Below are positions 1-8,927 of a stretch of 64,000 nt of DNA, piece by piece. Origin of the DNA: a virus. The stretch covers positions 73,048 to 137,047 of the IMG/VR virus record IMGVR_UViG_3300031159_000070; one strand, 5' to 3'. Numbering within the stretch: position 1 is the stretch's first letter; the number at the start of each line of letters is the position of its first letter. The notes beneath the pieces are model-generated. The model was not told the origin of the DNA, did not search any database, and saw only the letters and a program-made list of their open reading frames with translations. The position numbers were made by a program, and so were the translations under genes.

Positions 1-110
1 TGCTGCACGAGCGGCTTCGTGAAGCCGGTCAGTTCGGCCAGCGTGTCGAGCGACACGCCGGCCCTCTGCCGCAGGCGACGCAGATTGTAGGCAACGAGCT
101 GATTGTTCAG
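1..110 (-). CDS. XRE-family HTH protein (partial, runs off left edge, start uncertain)
   Basis: Reverse strand reads LNNQLVAYNLRRLRQRAGVSLDTLAELTGFTKPLVQ, a typical XRE HTH N-terminus. Confidence 0.6.
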   Translation of the reverse strand, partial: MNNQLVAYNLRRLRQRAGVSLDTLAELTGFTKPLVQ

Positions 111-1027
111 AGCAGCCGCCCCGAGGCCGCCGGCTCCAGATTGCCCTCGATCTTCGCTTTTCCGAGTTCGTGCTTCAGTGCGTGCCATGCTGTCGGGAGC
201 TCATGATAAACGTGGCCGTCGAGCGTTGCGCCGCCCTTCTCATCGGGTTCCTTCTCGAGCCCGCGCGCAATCGCGAGCTGGAAGGCCTTCTGTATCGTGA
301 TCCGCTCCTCCTTGGCAATTCTGACGGCGTAGGGGTTGTTCTTCGGGTGCCCGTACTGCTTGAACCAGATCGCAGCGTTGGCAGCGCGCGACTTGTCGAT
401 CGATGACTTAAGCCAGTCGAGCGCCATCGGCCGGCATTTCGGACCCGACTCGCCACCGATCAAGATCCAGTCGCACCCTGAGAAGTCGACCTTGTCGATT
501 GGCCCGATCAATGGCTCGACGGACAGGAAAGCGCAGGAGACGTTGTGGCGGGCCTTGATATCGCGCAGCACGTCCGTGCGCTTGGCCACGTCATTGTTCT
601 CGATCGACGTGCCGAACCAGAGGTGGAATGGCGCACGGTTATGCCCATATCGGCGGCGCAGGTAGCGACCGGCAACGCCTGGGCGTTTGGTGAGTAGCTG
701 GAAGATGGTGATGGGATTGTCTTCCATTGCATCGAAGACCTGATCTCGAAATGTGTCTGGGATCTGCTCGTGAAAAATGTCCGACATTGAGTTCAGGAAG
801 ACCATCCTTGGCACGACTTCTCCCACAGCGTTTCGCAGGGGTTTCATCGCGCGAATGTCCTCCAGCCTCTTGGGGTAATAGCGAATTTCCTCGAACGGGT
901 TTTTTCCCAACCGGTCGTTGATGGCTTCGGCATAGCAGAAGTCACATCCTGCGCTGACCTTCGTGCAACCCCAGGTGGGATTGATTGTCGTGTTGGTCCA
1001 AGAGATTCCGGTCTTCAGGACGGTCAT
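107..1027 (-). CDS. DUF5131 / phage Gp37-Gp68 family protein (radical-SAM-like)
   Basis: TGISWT..TINP..GCTKVSAGCDFCYAE, VFLNSMSDIFHE, FQLLTKRP, FLSVEPLIGP, WILIGGESG and WFKQYG motifs. Confidence 0.9.
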   Translation of the reverse strand: MTVLKTGISWTNTTINPTWGCTKVSAGCDFCYAEAINDRLGKNPFEEIRYYPKRLEDIRAMKPLRNAVGEVVPRMVFLNSMSDIFHEQIPDTFRDQVFDAMEDNPITIFQLLTKRPGVAGRYLRRRYGHNRAPFHLWFGTSIENNDVAKRTDVLRDIKARHNVSCAFLSVEPLIGPIDKVDFSGCDWILIGGESGPKCRPMALDWLKSSIDKSRAANAAIWFKQYGHPKNNPYAVRIAKEERITIQKAFQLAIARGLEKEPDEKGGATLDGHVYHELPTAWHALKHELGKAKIEGNLEPAASGRLL

Positions 1028-1619
1028 TCGACTTCCTCTCGATTGTTCGCTTGATGACGGATATGGGAACGTTGCTGTTCTTCACCGGTCTTCTGTTGAT
1101 ATGGAAAAGAGTCTCATCTGCTGGTGCGGTGTGAAGTACATGCAGGGGGAGACCTAAAGCTTTTGCGTATCGAATTTTTCGGCTGAGATCGCGACGTCGT
1201 GCTCCGGTCACTTCGACTGCAACGCGTTTTCCTTCGTAGGTTGCGGCAATGTCGAATGGAGATCCATGTGAGAGTTCCGATAGGTGCACGATTTCTGTGT
1301 ATCCGAGTTTCGGAAGGATTCTCGCTATAGCTCGTCTTTCAAGCCTGCGACCTGTGCCGACAGTATCGCCGCGCGACCCTGATGGCCTCTTGGCGAAGCC
1401 GTACCATGCTGTGTTGAAGGCTGAATGCCAGTCCTTCTGAGTGCGTCGCCGTTCCGCCGCTTTTTGACGCCGGGCGATATGATAGCAACTCTGCGAGCAG
1501 TATCTGTTCCTGTGATCTCTGTCGTATTTTTGGCCGCGGTACGGTGTAGGGCCGCCGCAGACACCGCATGGTCTGTCACTGATCCCATAGCTTATCACCG
1601 CTTGCGCTCCTCGCGGCAT
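942..1619 (-). CDS. Zn-finger plus PD-(D/E)xK-like nuclease (possible freestanding endonuclease)
   Basis: CGVC and YCSQSC at the N-terminus; E...PFDIAA..RVAVEVT nuclease-like core; lower GC. Confidence 0.5.
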   Translation of the reverse strand: MPRGAQAVISYGISDRPCGVCGGPTPYRGQKYDRDHRNRYCSQSCYHIARRQKAAERRRTQKDWHSAFNTAWYGFAKRPSGSRGDTVGTGRRLERRAIARILPKLGYTEIVHLSELSHGSPFDIAATYEGKRVAVEVTGARRRDLSRKIRYAKALGLPLHVLHTAPADETLFHINRRPVKNSNVPISVIKRTIERKSNDRPEDRNLLDQHDNQSHLGLHEGQRRM

Positions 1620-1636
1620 TGTTGAGGCTTTCGAGC

Positions 1637-1921
1637 TTAGGATAGCTCTTTCTCAAGCTGGTCGAGGAGCTCTCTGGCTTGGCGCAGGCTTCTATCGATC
1701 AGCGGCTTGTTGAAGCGCGAAGCGAGGTCGTTCAAGGCGTCTGCGATGGCTTCCTTCTCTTCGGGCGTATGTCCATTCCAAGTGCAATCAACTGTTGGCG
1801 GGCGCTCACCCTGACAAAGATTGCCATGTTTCACCGACCACCTTCTGGCGAGCGCCCTGTCGATGTTGCTCAGTGTCCCCATGAGAGCGTGCAGCGTCTC
1901 GTTCTTTGACTCCGTGAACAT
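1637..1921 (-). CDS. Hypothetical phage protein
   Basis: ATG ORF with upstream GAGG, co-oriented with the early block. Confidence 0.6.
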   Translation of the reverse strand: MFTESKNETLHALMGTLSNIDRALARRWSVKHGNLCQGERPPTVDCTWNGHTPEEKEAIADALNDLASRFNKPLIDRSLRQARELLDQLEKELS

Positions 1922-1995
1922 GAGTTCGCGTTCCTCGTGTGATTGCGGAAGCTCGTGAGTATAATAGCACTATACTATTCCATCAAGTCGCGGTG

Positions 1996-2076
1996 CGAGC
2001 GCGATGCTCGGTGCCGTGCAGTCTCAGGGGCGATCCCTGGAACTCAGTTCAACCCGCGTCGCAGCGCGATGCTGCG
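1996..2076 (+). promoter_or_regulatory. Three GCGAT-loop hairpins in the terS leader
   Basis: cgagc-GCGAT-gctcg, caggg-GCGAT-ccctg and cgcagc-GCGAT-gctgcg, then AGGAG (2081) and ATG (2095); TATAAT at about 1960. Confidence 0.7.
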
Positions 2077-2094
2077 GTCAAGGAGAAACCCACC

Positions 2095-2568
2095 ATGTCT
2101 GCAATGAACGGCGGGAGCGATTCCCGGCGGGAAGGCAACTACACTGGTAAGCCTCCGCGTTTTACGGTCGAACAGGTCATCGAGGCATTGCGTGCCGCGG
2201 CCGGTGTCCAGCACATCGCCGCGCAAAAGCTCGGGTGTGCGCGCTCCACCATCACCTATTACAAGCGCAAGCACCCCGAGATAGAAGAGGCGCTCGAGGA
2301 GATCAAGGAAAGCCTCATCGACCTTTCCGAGGGTGTCGTCTGGCACCACGTCCGCAAGAAGAATCTGCGTGCAGCACAGTTCGTGCTCGAAACGATCGGC
2401 AAGCAGCGCGGCTGGGTCAAGCGCGGCGAGATCGCCGGCGTCAACGGCGAGCCGATCGAAGTGCGTCTCGGGCTCGACCTTTCGAACCTGTCGCCCGAAG
2501 AGCTGATTACCCTCGATCAGCTGCTGGCACGAGCTCAGGGCAAGCCCACAGAAGCCGTTCCGAACTGA
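2095..2568 (+). CDS. terS: Terminase small subunit
   Basis: HTH (AAQKLGCARSTITYY), helical hairpin ending AAQFVLETIGKQRGW; directly upstream of terL; SD AGGAG. Confidence 0.75.
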   Translation: MSAMNGGSDSRREGNYTGKPPRFTVEQVIEALRAAAGVQHIAAQKLGCARSTITYYKRKHPEIEEALEEIKESLIDLSEGVVWHHVRKKNLRAAQFVLETIGKQRGWVKRGEIAGVNGEPIEVRLGLDLSNLSPEELITLDQLLARAQGKPTEAVPN

Positions 2569-2569
2569 C

Positions 2570-4123
2570 GTGCTCTCTGCCGCGCAGTGGCGGCAGCTCA
2601 ACGAACGTCCGCGCGACGTCGTTGATCTTCGGGCCGCGATAGATCGGACGCTCTGCGAGAAGTCGTTCTCGCATTTCGTGCGTCAGGCCTGGCCGTACAT
2701 CGATCCGGCGCACTACCTGCACAACTGGCACATCGATGCGATCGCCGAGCATCTTGAAGCGGTGATGCGCGGCGAGATCCGGCGGCTGCTCATCAACATC
2801 CCGCCGCGGTCGATGAAGAGCCTCATGTGCTCCGTCGCGTTCCCGGCCTACGTGTGGGCGCAGGAGCCGATCAAGGGGCCGGACGGCGTTCAGCTGCCGA
2901 CGTGCGGGCCCCACTGCCAGTTCTTCTATGCGTCCTATGCCGCAGAGCTGTCGACTGAGCACTCGGTCAAGACGCGCGATCTCATACTGTCGCCCTGGTA
3001 TCAGAGCCGCTGGGGCACTCGCTTCAAGCTCAAGGGCGACGCCAACCTAAAGACCAAGTTCGACAACGACAAAGGCGGCAAGCGTCTCGCCGCCTCGGTC
3101 GGCGGCATATCGACCGGTTTCGGCGGCGACATCATCGTCGTCGACGACCCGCACAACACCAAGACCTCGGAAAGCGACGTCGTCCGCGATGAGACGGTGC
3201 GCTGGTATTTCGAGGTTCTGCAAACCCGTCTCAACGATCCGAAGCGTGGCGCGTTCATCGTCGTCATGCAGCGCGTTCACGAACGTGACGTCGCTGGCGA
3301 GATCATCGCGCGAGAGGCAGGCTACGTTCATCTGTGCCTACCGGCGCGGTTCGAATCCGATCATCCGTTCGTGTGGGTCCGCGATCCGCGCGCCGTCGAG
3401 AACGGCGGGGAAGGGGACGGCCAGCTGCTCTGGCCAGAGCGCTTCGGCGAGAAGGAGCTCGAAGAGCTCGCCATCATGGGAGAGTACGGCGTCGCCGGCC
3501 AGCTGCAGCAACGTCCGGCTCCGCGCACCGGCGGCTTCTTCGAGACCGACAAGATCGAGGTCATCGATCACCTGCCGGTCGACGCAGACGGCAAGCCGAT
3601 CAAGATCGTCAAACGCGTAAGGGCCTGGGACCTCGCTGCCACCAAGGATATCGGCTCGCTTGACCCGAGCTGGACCGTCGGCGTCCTGATGGCCAAGGGC
3701 GAGAACGGTGTCTTCTACGTCGAGGACGTGCAGCGGTTCAGAGAGAACCCGCACGAGGTCGAGGTGCGCATTCGTCGGACTGCGCAGATCGACGGCCGTG
3801 ATGTCGAGATTTCGATTCCGAAAGATCCGGGTGCGGCCGGCAAGACGGTTGCTGAGCATCTCATCAGGATGCTCGCCGGCTTTATCGTCAAGGAAGAGCC
3901 GCAGTCAGCCGACAAGGCCCAGCGGGCCAAGCCGTTCGCTGCGCAGGTCGGCGGACGAAACGTGAAGCTCATCCGAGCCAGTTGGAACCGGGCGTACCTG
4001 GACGAGCTGCAGACGTTTCCTATGGGTCGGCATAATGACCAGGTCGACGCATCGGCGTCGGCTTTCAACCGGCTCGCTGATCCCGGCAAGATCGGCTTCA
4101 TCATCGGTGGTGGTCGCAGATAG
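2570..4123 (+). CDS. terL: Terminase large subunit
   Basis: LLINIPPRSMKS Walker A, IIVVDDP Walker B, QLQQRP, RAWDLAAT and FPMGRHNDQVDA nuclease motifs. Confidence 0.95.
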   Translation: MLSAAQWRQLNERPRDVVDLRAAIDRTLCEKSFSHFVRQAWPYIDPAHYLHNWHIDAIAEHLEAVMRGEIRRLLINIPPRSMKSLMCSVAFPAYVWAQEPIKGPDGVQLPTCGPHCQFFYASYAAELSTEHSVKTRDLILSPWYQSRWGTRFKLKGDANLKTKFDNDKGGKRLAASVGGISTGFGGDIIVVDDPHNTKTSESDVVRDETVRWYFEVLQTRLNDPKRGAFIVVMQRVHERDVAGEIIAREAGYVHLCLPARFESDHPFVWVRDPRAVENGGEGDGQLLWPERFGEKELEELAIMGEYGVAGQLQQRPAPRTGGFFETDKIEVIDHLPVDADGKPIKIVKRVRAWDLAATKDIGSLDPSWTVGVLMAKGENGVFYVEDVQRFRENPHEVEVRIRRTAQIDGRDVEISIPKDPGAAGKTVAEHLIRMLAGFIVKEEPQSADKAQRAKPFAAQVGGRNVKLIRASWNRAYLDELQTFPMGRHNDQVDASASAFNRLADPGKIGFIIGGGRR

Positions 4124-4164
4124 CGAAAAACAAGCCGCGAGCTGAGAACTCGTGAGCAAGTGTC

Positions 4165-4734
4165 ATGAGCAAGGATTGCACGTCGGTCTTCGAGGCCGAT
4201 TATGTTGCGCGGCAGCTTTGCACGAAAGCGCCGCTGGTCGAAGGCTGGCAATGGACTCGTCATCGCCGGCCGCCGCTGCCGTTCTACGAGAACCACGATC
4301 TGCTGCCCGCGGCGCATGGGTACTGCCGCATCTGCGCCGGACCTGTTTACGCCGACGGCGCGCATTTCGGCTCGCACCTGAGCAAGCGGACCTGGCACAA
4401 CATCTGCCTCAAGGCTTTCACGTTCTGGACGCAGCCCGACGCCAACGTGCTGGGTCCACGCCAGCAATGGGCGTGTGCGTCCTGTGGCAGAGATCTTTCG
4501 CGGGAGCGTTCGTCTGGCCCCTGTTTCGCTGACGTCGCCCAGGTCGACCATATCGTGCCGCTGTACCGCGTCTGGCGAGACCTCAGAGGCCTCCATTGGA
4601 CGGAGCTGCTTCACTACTGGTCGCCCGACAACTGTCAGGTGCTCTGCGTTGCCTGCCACAAACTCAAGTGTTCCGCTGAAGCCGGCGAGCGCGCCGCCTT
4701 CCGCGCCGATGGTCCGCAACTCGTCCTGATCTGA
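4165..4734 (+). CDS. HNH endonuclease
   Basis: CASCG...QVDHIVPL...NCQVLCVACHKLK. Confidence 0.85.
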   Translation: MSKDCTSVFEADYVARQLCTKAPLVEGWQWTRHRRPPLPFYENHDLLPAAHGYCRICAGPVYADGAHFGSHLSKRTWHNICLKAFTFWTQPDANVLGPRQQWACASCGRDLSRERSSGPCFADVAQVDHIVPLYRVWRDLRGLHWTELLHYWSPDNCQVLCVACHKLKCSAEAGERAAFRADGPQLVLI

Positions 4735-4798
4735 GCCCCGCACAATCCGAAACCTTAGAGCCTGGAGCGCAAGCCCCGGGCCGCAGGAGCATGCGCAA

Positions 4799-6373
4799 AT
4801 GCCAACTCCGCTCCCCCGCATTTCGTCGGACACCAAGACCGGTGGTCAGGGTCGCATGCGCGATCCGAGCACGCCGTCCTACGCCTACCTGCGAATGGAG
4901 GAAGACTGGCACGTCGTTCGCACCGTCTACGAGGGCACTCGGGCGATGCGCGAAGCGCGCCACCGGTATCTGCCTCAGCACACCCGTGAGACCGATGACG
5001 AGTACGAGCGGCGCCTGCAGTGCACCACGCTGCACAACGTGCTTCGCGATGCCGTCCAGAACACAGCCGCCCGCCCGTTTCGCAAGCGCATCGCCCTCAC
5101 CGAAACGAGCCCCGAGGTTGCGCAGTTCTGGGCCGAAGATATCGATCTGATCGGCAACAGTCTGCATATGTTCGCCGTCCGCGCCTTTCGCGAGGCGCTG
5201 CTCGACGGCATGGTGCACGTCCTTGTCGATATGTCGATCGTGCCGCCCGGCGCGACGAAGGCTGATGAGATGGCGCTCCGGACTCGTCCGTTCTGGACGC
5301 TTGTTCCCGCACGGGACCTCATTGCCGCCTACAGTCGCTTTGACGAGGCCGGCAACAAGATCTGCTATCACGCGCGCATCCGCGAAACGGTTACCGAGCT
5401 CGAGGACGATTTCTTCGAGGTGGAGGTCGAAAGAGTCCGCGTCTACCGGCTGAAACCGGAGGAAGATGAGTTTGGCAATCCGATCGAAGGTGGCCGCGAA
5501 GTCGCCGTGTGGGAGCTGTGGGAGCGGACTTCTGCCGGCTGGGAAGTCATCGACGGAGGACCGCTGCTCAAGGCCGGCGGCGAGCCCTGGGATCGCGTGC
5601 CGCTCGAGACCTTCTATTGCGGCAACTTCATCGACGATTATGTCGCCACGCCGCCGTTTCTCGATCTTGCATGGAAGAACGTCGAGCACTGGCAGTCATC
5701 CTCTGACCAGCGCAACATCCTGACCAAGGGACGCTTTCCGATCCTTGCCGCCTCCGGCATCGAAGATCCATCGAAGCTGCTCAATGACAAGGGCGAGCTG
5801 GAGATCGGCCCGCACACAGCGCTCGTCACGCCGCACAAGGAAGCCAAGTGGTATTATGTCGAACCACAAGGCAATGCGATCAAAGCGGGCGCTGAAGATC
5901 TGAAGCAGCTCGTCGAGGACATGCGCATCATGGGCCTCGACCCGCTGATGCCGCAGAACGGTGGCATGCAGACGGCCACGGAGCGCTCGATCGATGAATC
6001 CAAGGCGCGCGCGCCGCTTGAGCAGTGGGCGTGGGAGTTCGCCGATTTTATTTCACGTTGCTTCGATCGCATGTTCGAATGGGTCGGCCTGGGTCAATAC
6101 GTCGGACTGGCCAAGGTCCTGCTCGATATCGACATGGGGCTTGGTGACGAGAACAAGCACGACCTGCAGACGCTGCTACAGCTGCGTCAGCTCGGAGACA
6201 TCTCGCGCCACACGCTCTACGAGGAGCTGAAACGGCGCGGCCTGCTCGGGCCGTACTTCGATCCGTTGAGAGAAGAGCAGTTCATCGAGCAGGAGCTGAT
6301 GATGATCGCCCGCACCAATCCCAATTTCGATGACGACAGCGACGGTGCAGGCGATGAGTCGTTTCTCAATTAA
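4799..6373 (+). CDS. Portal protein (DUF4055-like)
   Basis: YLPQHTRETDDEYERRL, PPFLDLAWKNVEHWQSSSDQRNIL, TATE and GDISRHTLYEELKRRG motifs; follows terL. Confidence 0.9.
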   Translation: MPTPLPRISSDTKTGGQGRMRDPSTPSYAYLRMEEDWHVVRTVYEGTRAMREARHRYLPQHTRETDDEYERRLQCTTLHNVLRDAVQNTAARPFRKRIALTETSPEVAQFWAEDIDLIGNSLHMFAVRAFREALLDGMVHVLVDMSIVPPGATKADEMALRTRPFWTLVPARDLIAAYSRFDEAGNKICYHARIRETVTELEDDFFEVEVERVRVYRLKPEEDEFGNPIEGGREVAVWELWERTSAGWEVIDGGPLLKAGGEPWDRVPLETFYCGNFIDDYVATPPFLDLAWKNVEHWQSSSDQRNILTKGRFPILAASGIEDPSKLLNDKGELEIGPHTALVTPHKEAKWYYVEPQGNAIKAGAEDLKQLVEDMRIMGLDPLMPQNGGMQTATERSIDESKARAPLEQWAWEFADFISRCFDRMFEWVGLGQYVGLAKVLLDIDMGLGDENKHDLQTLLQLRQLGDISRHTLYEELKRRGLLGPYFDPLREEQFIEQELMMIARTNPNFDDDSDGAGDESFLN

Positions 6374-6401
6374 CTCCGCATGAAAAAATGGACTGACCGC
6401 A

Positions 6402-8927
6402 ATGCCGACGCCGCGAAAGCGCGATGCCTACCGCGCCGATCTGATGCGAGAGATGAATGGCGCCGGCCGGACAAGCGCTACCGGCGCGCGCCGCGCCAGC
6501 GCCTCGTCGACCCCGCGCGTCTCGAGCCCGCCAGCACCCAGCTTCGACGCCCAGGCGATAGCTGAGGCTGCTGAACGCAAGCTGGCGCAAAAGCGGGCCC
6601 TCGAAACGGTCAATGCCGCGCGTGTGCGGGGGCTCACGGACACCACGCGCTCTGCACGCGAGATCAAGCGCGCTTCATTCGAAAAGGCTCGACCGCAGGC
6701 GCGTGGTGGCGCCGATCGGGTCTGGGTCGAGGGCTTCACGCGCAAAGATGGGACCCGGGTCAAGGGCCATTGGCGGACCAATCCGAACCCAGCCGAAGTG
6801 GACGATGCGCTGCCGTTTCCGAAGGTCACCGATCCCAAAGCTGCCGAAGCTGGCATAGAGAACATGCCGCTCACGGGCATGTTCTCGCCGGTGGGCCTGG
6901 CACTGATGGGCGCTGCCACCATCAAGAGTGTGCATGATGCCTACAAGGCGATGAAGGGTGCCTTTGACATTACGCTGGGCCGCGCTCCGGCAACCTATCA
7001 GCTTGACAAGGACGGCAAGCTCGTCAGCCGCATTCCGACGGAGATCCAGGCCGGCGGCATGGCCGCGGCCGGGCTTGCAGCAACCGGCTCGGTGGCCGGC
7101 ATGGGCAGGGTAGGCGTGAGAAATGCCGTTGGCTCAGGCCCAACTCGCCTTGCTTCTGGTGTGGCGCCCGACATCAACGAGCTTGGGCTTTACAGCCAGG
7201 CCTTGCGCGCAGCGCGCGCGCTGCCACAGGAGAAGGGTACGCCCCAACAGATGCTGGAGATGCTGAAGCGCGCCGGCGTCAAGGATGATGAGATCAAATG
7301 GACTGGGCTCGACAAGTTCCTTCAGCAAAGCGGCAAGCAGGTTACCAAGAAGGACATTGTCGAGTTTATCGATGCCAACCGAGTGAGGTTGCGCGAGCGG
7401 ACATACGGCGGCGGATATAATGCCGAGGAGCTTTTCGTCGACCTTGGCGAAAATTTGCGCCGGCTCGGAAGTGGCTGGTATGCGCAGACGCTGAATCATG
7501 GAGATTGGATCGTTCGGCCTCTGGGCGGCAACAGATACAAGGCTCGGTCGGATCGAGGCATTCAATTAGAGATCGATTTGACGGGTAATCCCACTGTGGA
7601 ACGCGTGGCGGCAAAAATTGCGGACGCCCTTGAAAAGAGTGGCGGGGGAGAGCCAGCGCGTTATGCCAAATACTCGTTTGATCCCGATAACCCGACCTAT
7701 CGAGAGCAGGTTTTGCAGTGGCTGCATCCTGAAGGTATGTCGGTGCAGAGGACCCTTCCCGGAGGTCACTTCAGTGTATCTGGCACCGTGGCTCATGTGA
7801 GGTCCCTGGTCGATGAGCTTCGCGAGCCTCCTGCTGGCACCAACCTCAAGTCCGGCGATCGCATTCTTCACATTGAAGAGATCCAGAGCGATGCGGCGCA
7901 GGAAGCACGCAAAATTGGGATTAAGCCGACCGGAGAGGAAGGTGAGAAGCTTCGCGGTGAGTTGAAGCGCGTCGGCAAGGAGCTGTCTCGCGTTACAGAC
8001 CAAACGGCAGAACTCCACGCCGAGATGGTCAGGTTCACCAGCAAGCATGGCGTTTCCGGCGGTGATGTTACTGATCTCATTGGGATTGACGTTGACCCCG
8101 CGGTGCGTGATCAAGCGTGGGCTTTACTTGAGCGTAACAACCAGCTCATTCAGCAATACAATCGCTTGAGCCAGGAGTTTCATGCGTTGCAGCAGCTTAC
8201 GCAGGGTGTCGAGCCGATGCCCTACATCGACTCCACCAACAAATGGGTTGATCTCGCTCTCAAGACGCAGCTTGTCAGGGCCGCGCGTGATCCTAGTGTT
8301 AAGGGGATTTCCCTTATTGCCGGCAAGGATGTTGCGCAGCGCTTTTCCCAAATCCGCGTGTTCGATTATGTCGAGTACCAGCCCATTGGCGATAAATTCG
8401 AGGTTCGCACGAGAGACGTTTACGGCAACCGACGGAAAGACATTGTGTCATCGGAGCAATTGCCGGATGTCGTTGGCTCTGAGATTGCCGAGCGCATTCT
8501 CCGCGGGGAGGGCGAAAAGCACGGCATGATTCACGAGCTACTTCCTCCATTTGCTCCGATGATAACGAGGAAGGGTCAGGGTAACATCGCCTTCTACAAC
8601 AAGATCGTCCCGCAACGCCTGAAAGAGATCGTCCGCAAGATCGATCCGCAGGCCAAGATCGGCGAGGGCAAGCTCTCTGTCCAGTCGACCGATCAGTCGC
8701 CCGTCAAGGTCCTCGAGATGACGGAAAAGATGCGCGAGAAGATCATCCGTGATGGTCTCTCCCTCTTCGTCAACCGGCCGGGCGCTGGCGTGCCGGCCCT
8801 GCCCCTCATGACGCCGCGCGAGCAGCGCGAAGCCGAGCACCGCGCTGCCTTGCGTGAAAGCGTGCGCCGTCGCTCTCGCCAACGCCGGGAGTTCTATCGC
8901 GCTCTCGCTCGTGGAGATGCCACCTGA
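6402..8927 (+). CDS. Candidate virion-cargo protein A (conserved N-terminus plus polyvalent-protein-like domains)
   Basis: N-terminal ~230 aa are paralogous to 8927..10603; GLYSQALRAARALPQEKG..GVKDDEIKWTGL and ILHIEEIQSD segments resemble phage large polyvalent proteins. Confidence 0.7.
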   Translation: MPTPRKRDAYRADLMREMNGAGRTSATGARRASASSTPRVSSPPAPSFDAQAIAEAAERKLAQKRALETVNAARVRGLTDTTRSAREIKRASFEKARPQARGGADRVWVEGFTRKDGTRVKGHWRTNPNPAEVDDALPFPKVTDPKAAEAGIENMPLTGMFSPVGLALMGAATIKSVHDAYKAMKGAFDITLGRAPATYQLDKDGKLVSRIPTEIQAGGMAAAGLAATGSVAGMGRVGVRNAVGSGPTRLASGVAPDINELGLYSQALRAARALPQEKGTPQQMLEMLKRAGVKDDEIKWTGLDKFLQQSGKQVTKKDIVEFIDANRVRLRERTYGGGYNAEELFVDLGENLRRLGSGWYAQTLNHGDWIVRPLGGNRYKARSDRGIQLEIDLTGNPTVERVAAKIADALEKSGGGEPARYAKYSFDPDNPTYREQVLQWLHPEGMSVQRTLPGGHFSVSGTVAHVRSLVDELREPPAGTNLKSGDRILHIEEIQSDAAQEARKIGIKPTGEEGEKLRGELKRVGKELSRVTDQTAELHAEMVRFTSKHGVSGGDVTDLIGIDVDPAVRDQAWALLERNNQLIQQYNRLSQEFHALQQLTQGVEPMPYIDSTNKWVDLALKTQLVRAARDPSVKGISLIAGKDVAQRFSQIRVFDYVEYQPIGDKFEVRTRDVYGNRRKDIVSSEQLPDVVGSEIAERILRGEGEKHGMIHELLPPFAPMITRKGQGNIAFYNKIVPQRLKEIVRKIDPQAKIGEGKLSVQSTDQSPVKVLEMTEKMREKIIRDGLSLFVNRPGAGVPALPLMTPREQREAEHRAALRESVRRRSRQRREFYRALARGDAT

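Noticed and set aside
1939-2094. Longer N-termini for terS and for the scaffold (31235..31351)
   Set aside because: These stretches contain the hairpin leaders; SD-supported starts lie at 2095 and 31349/31352
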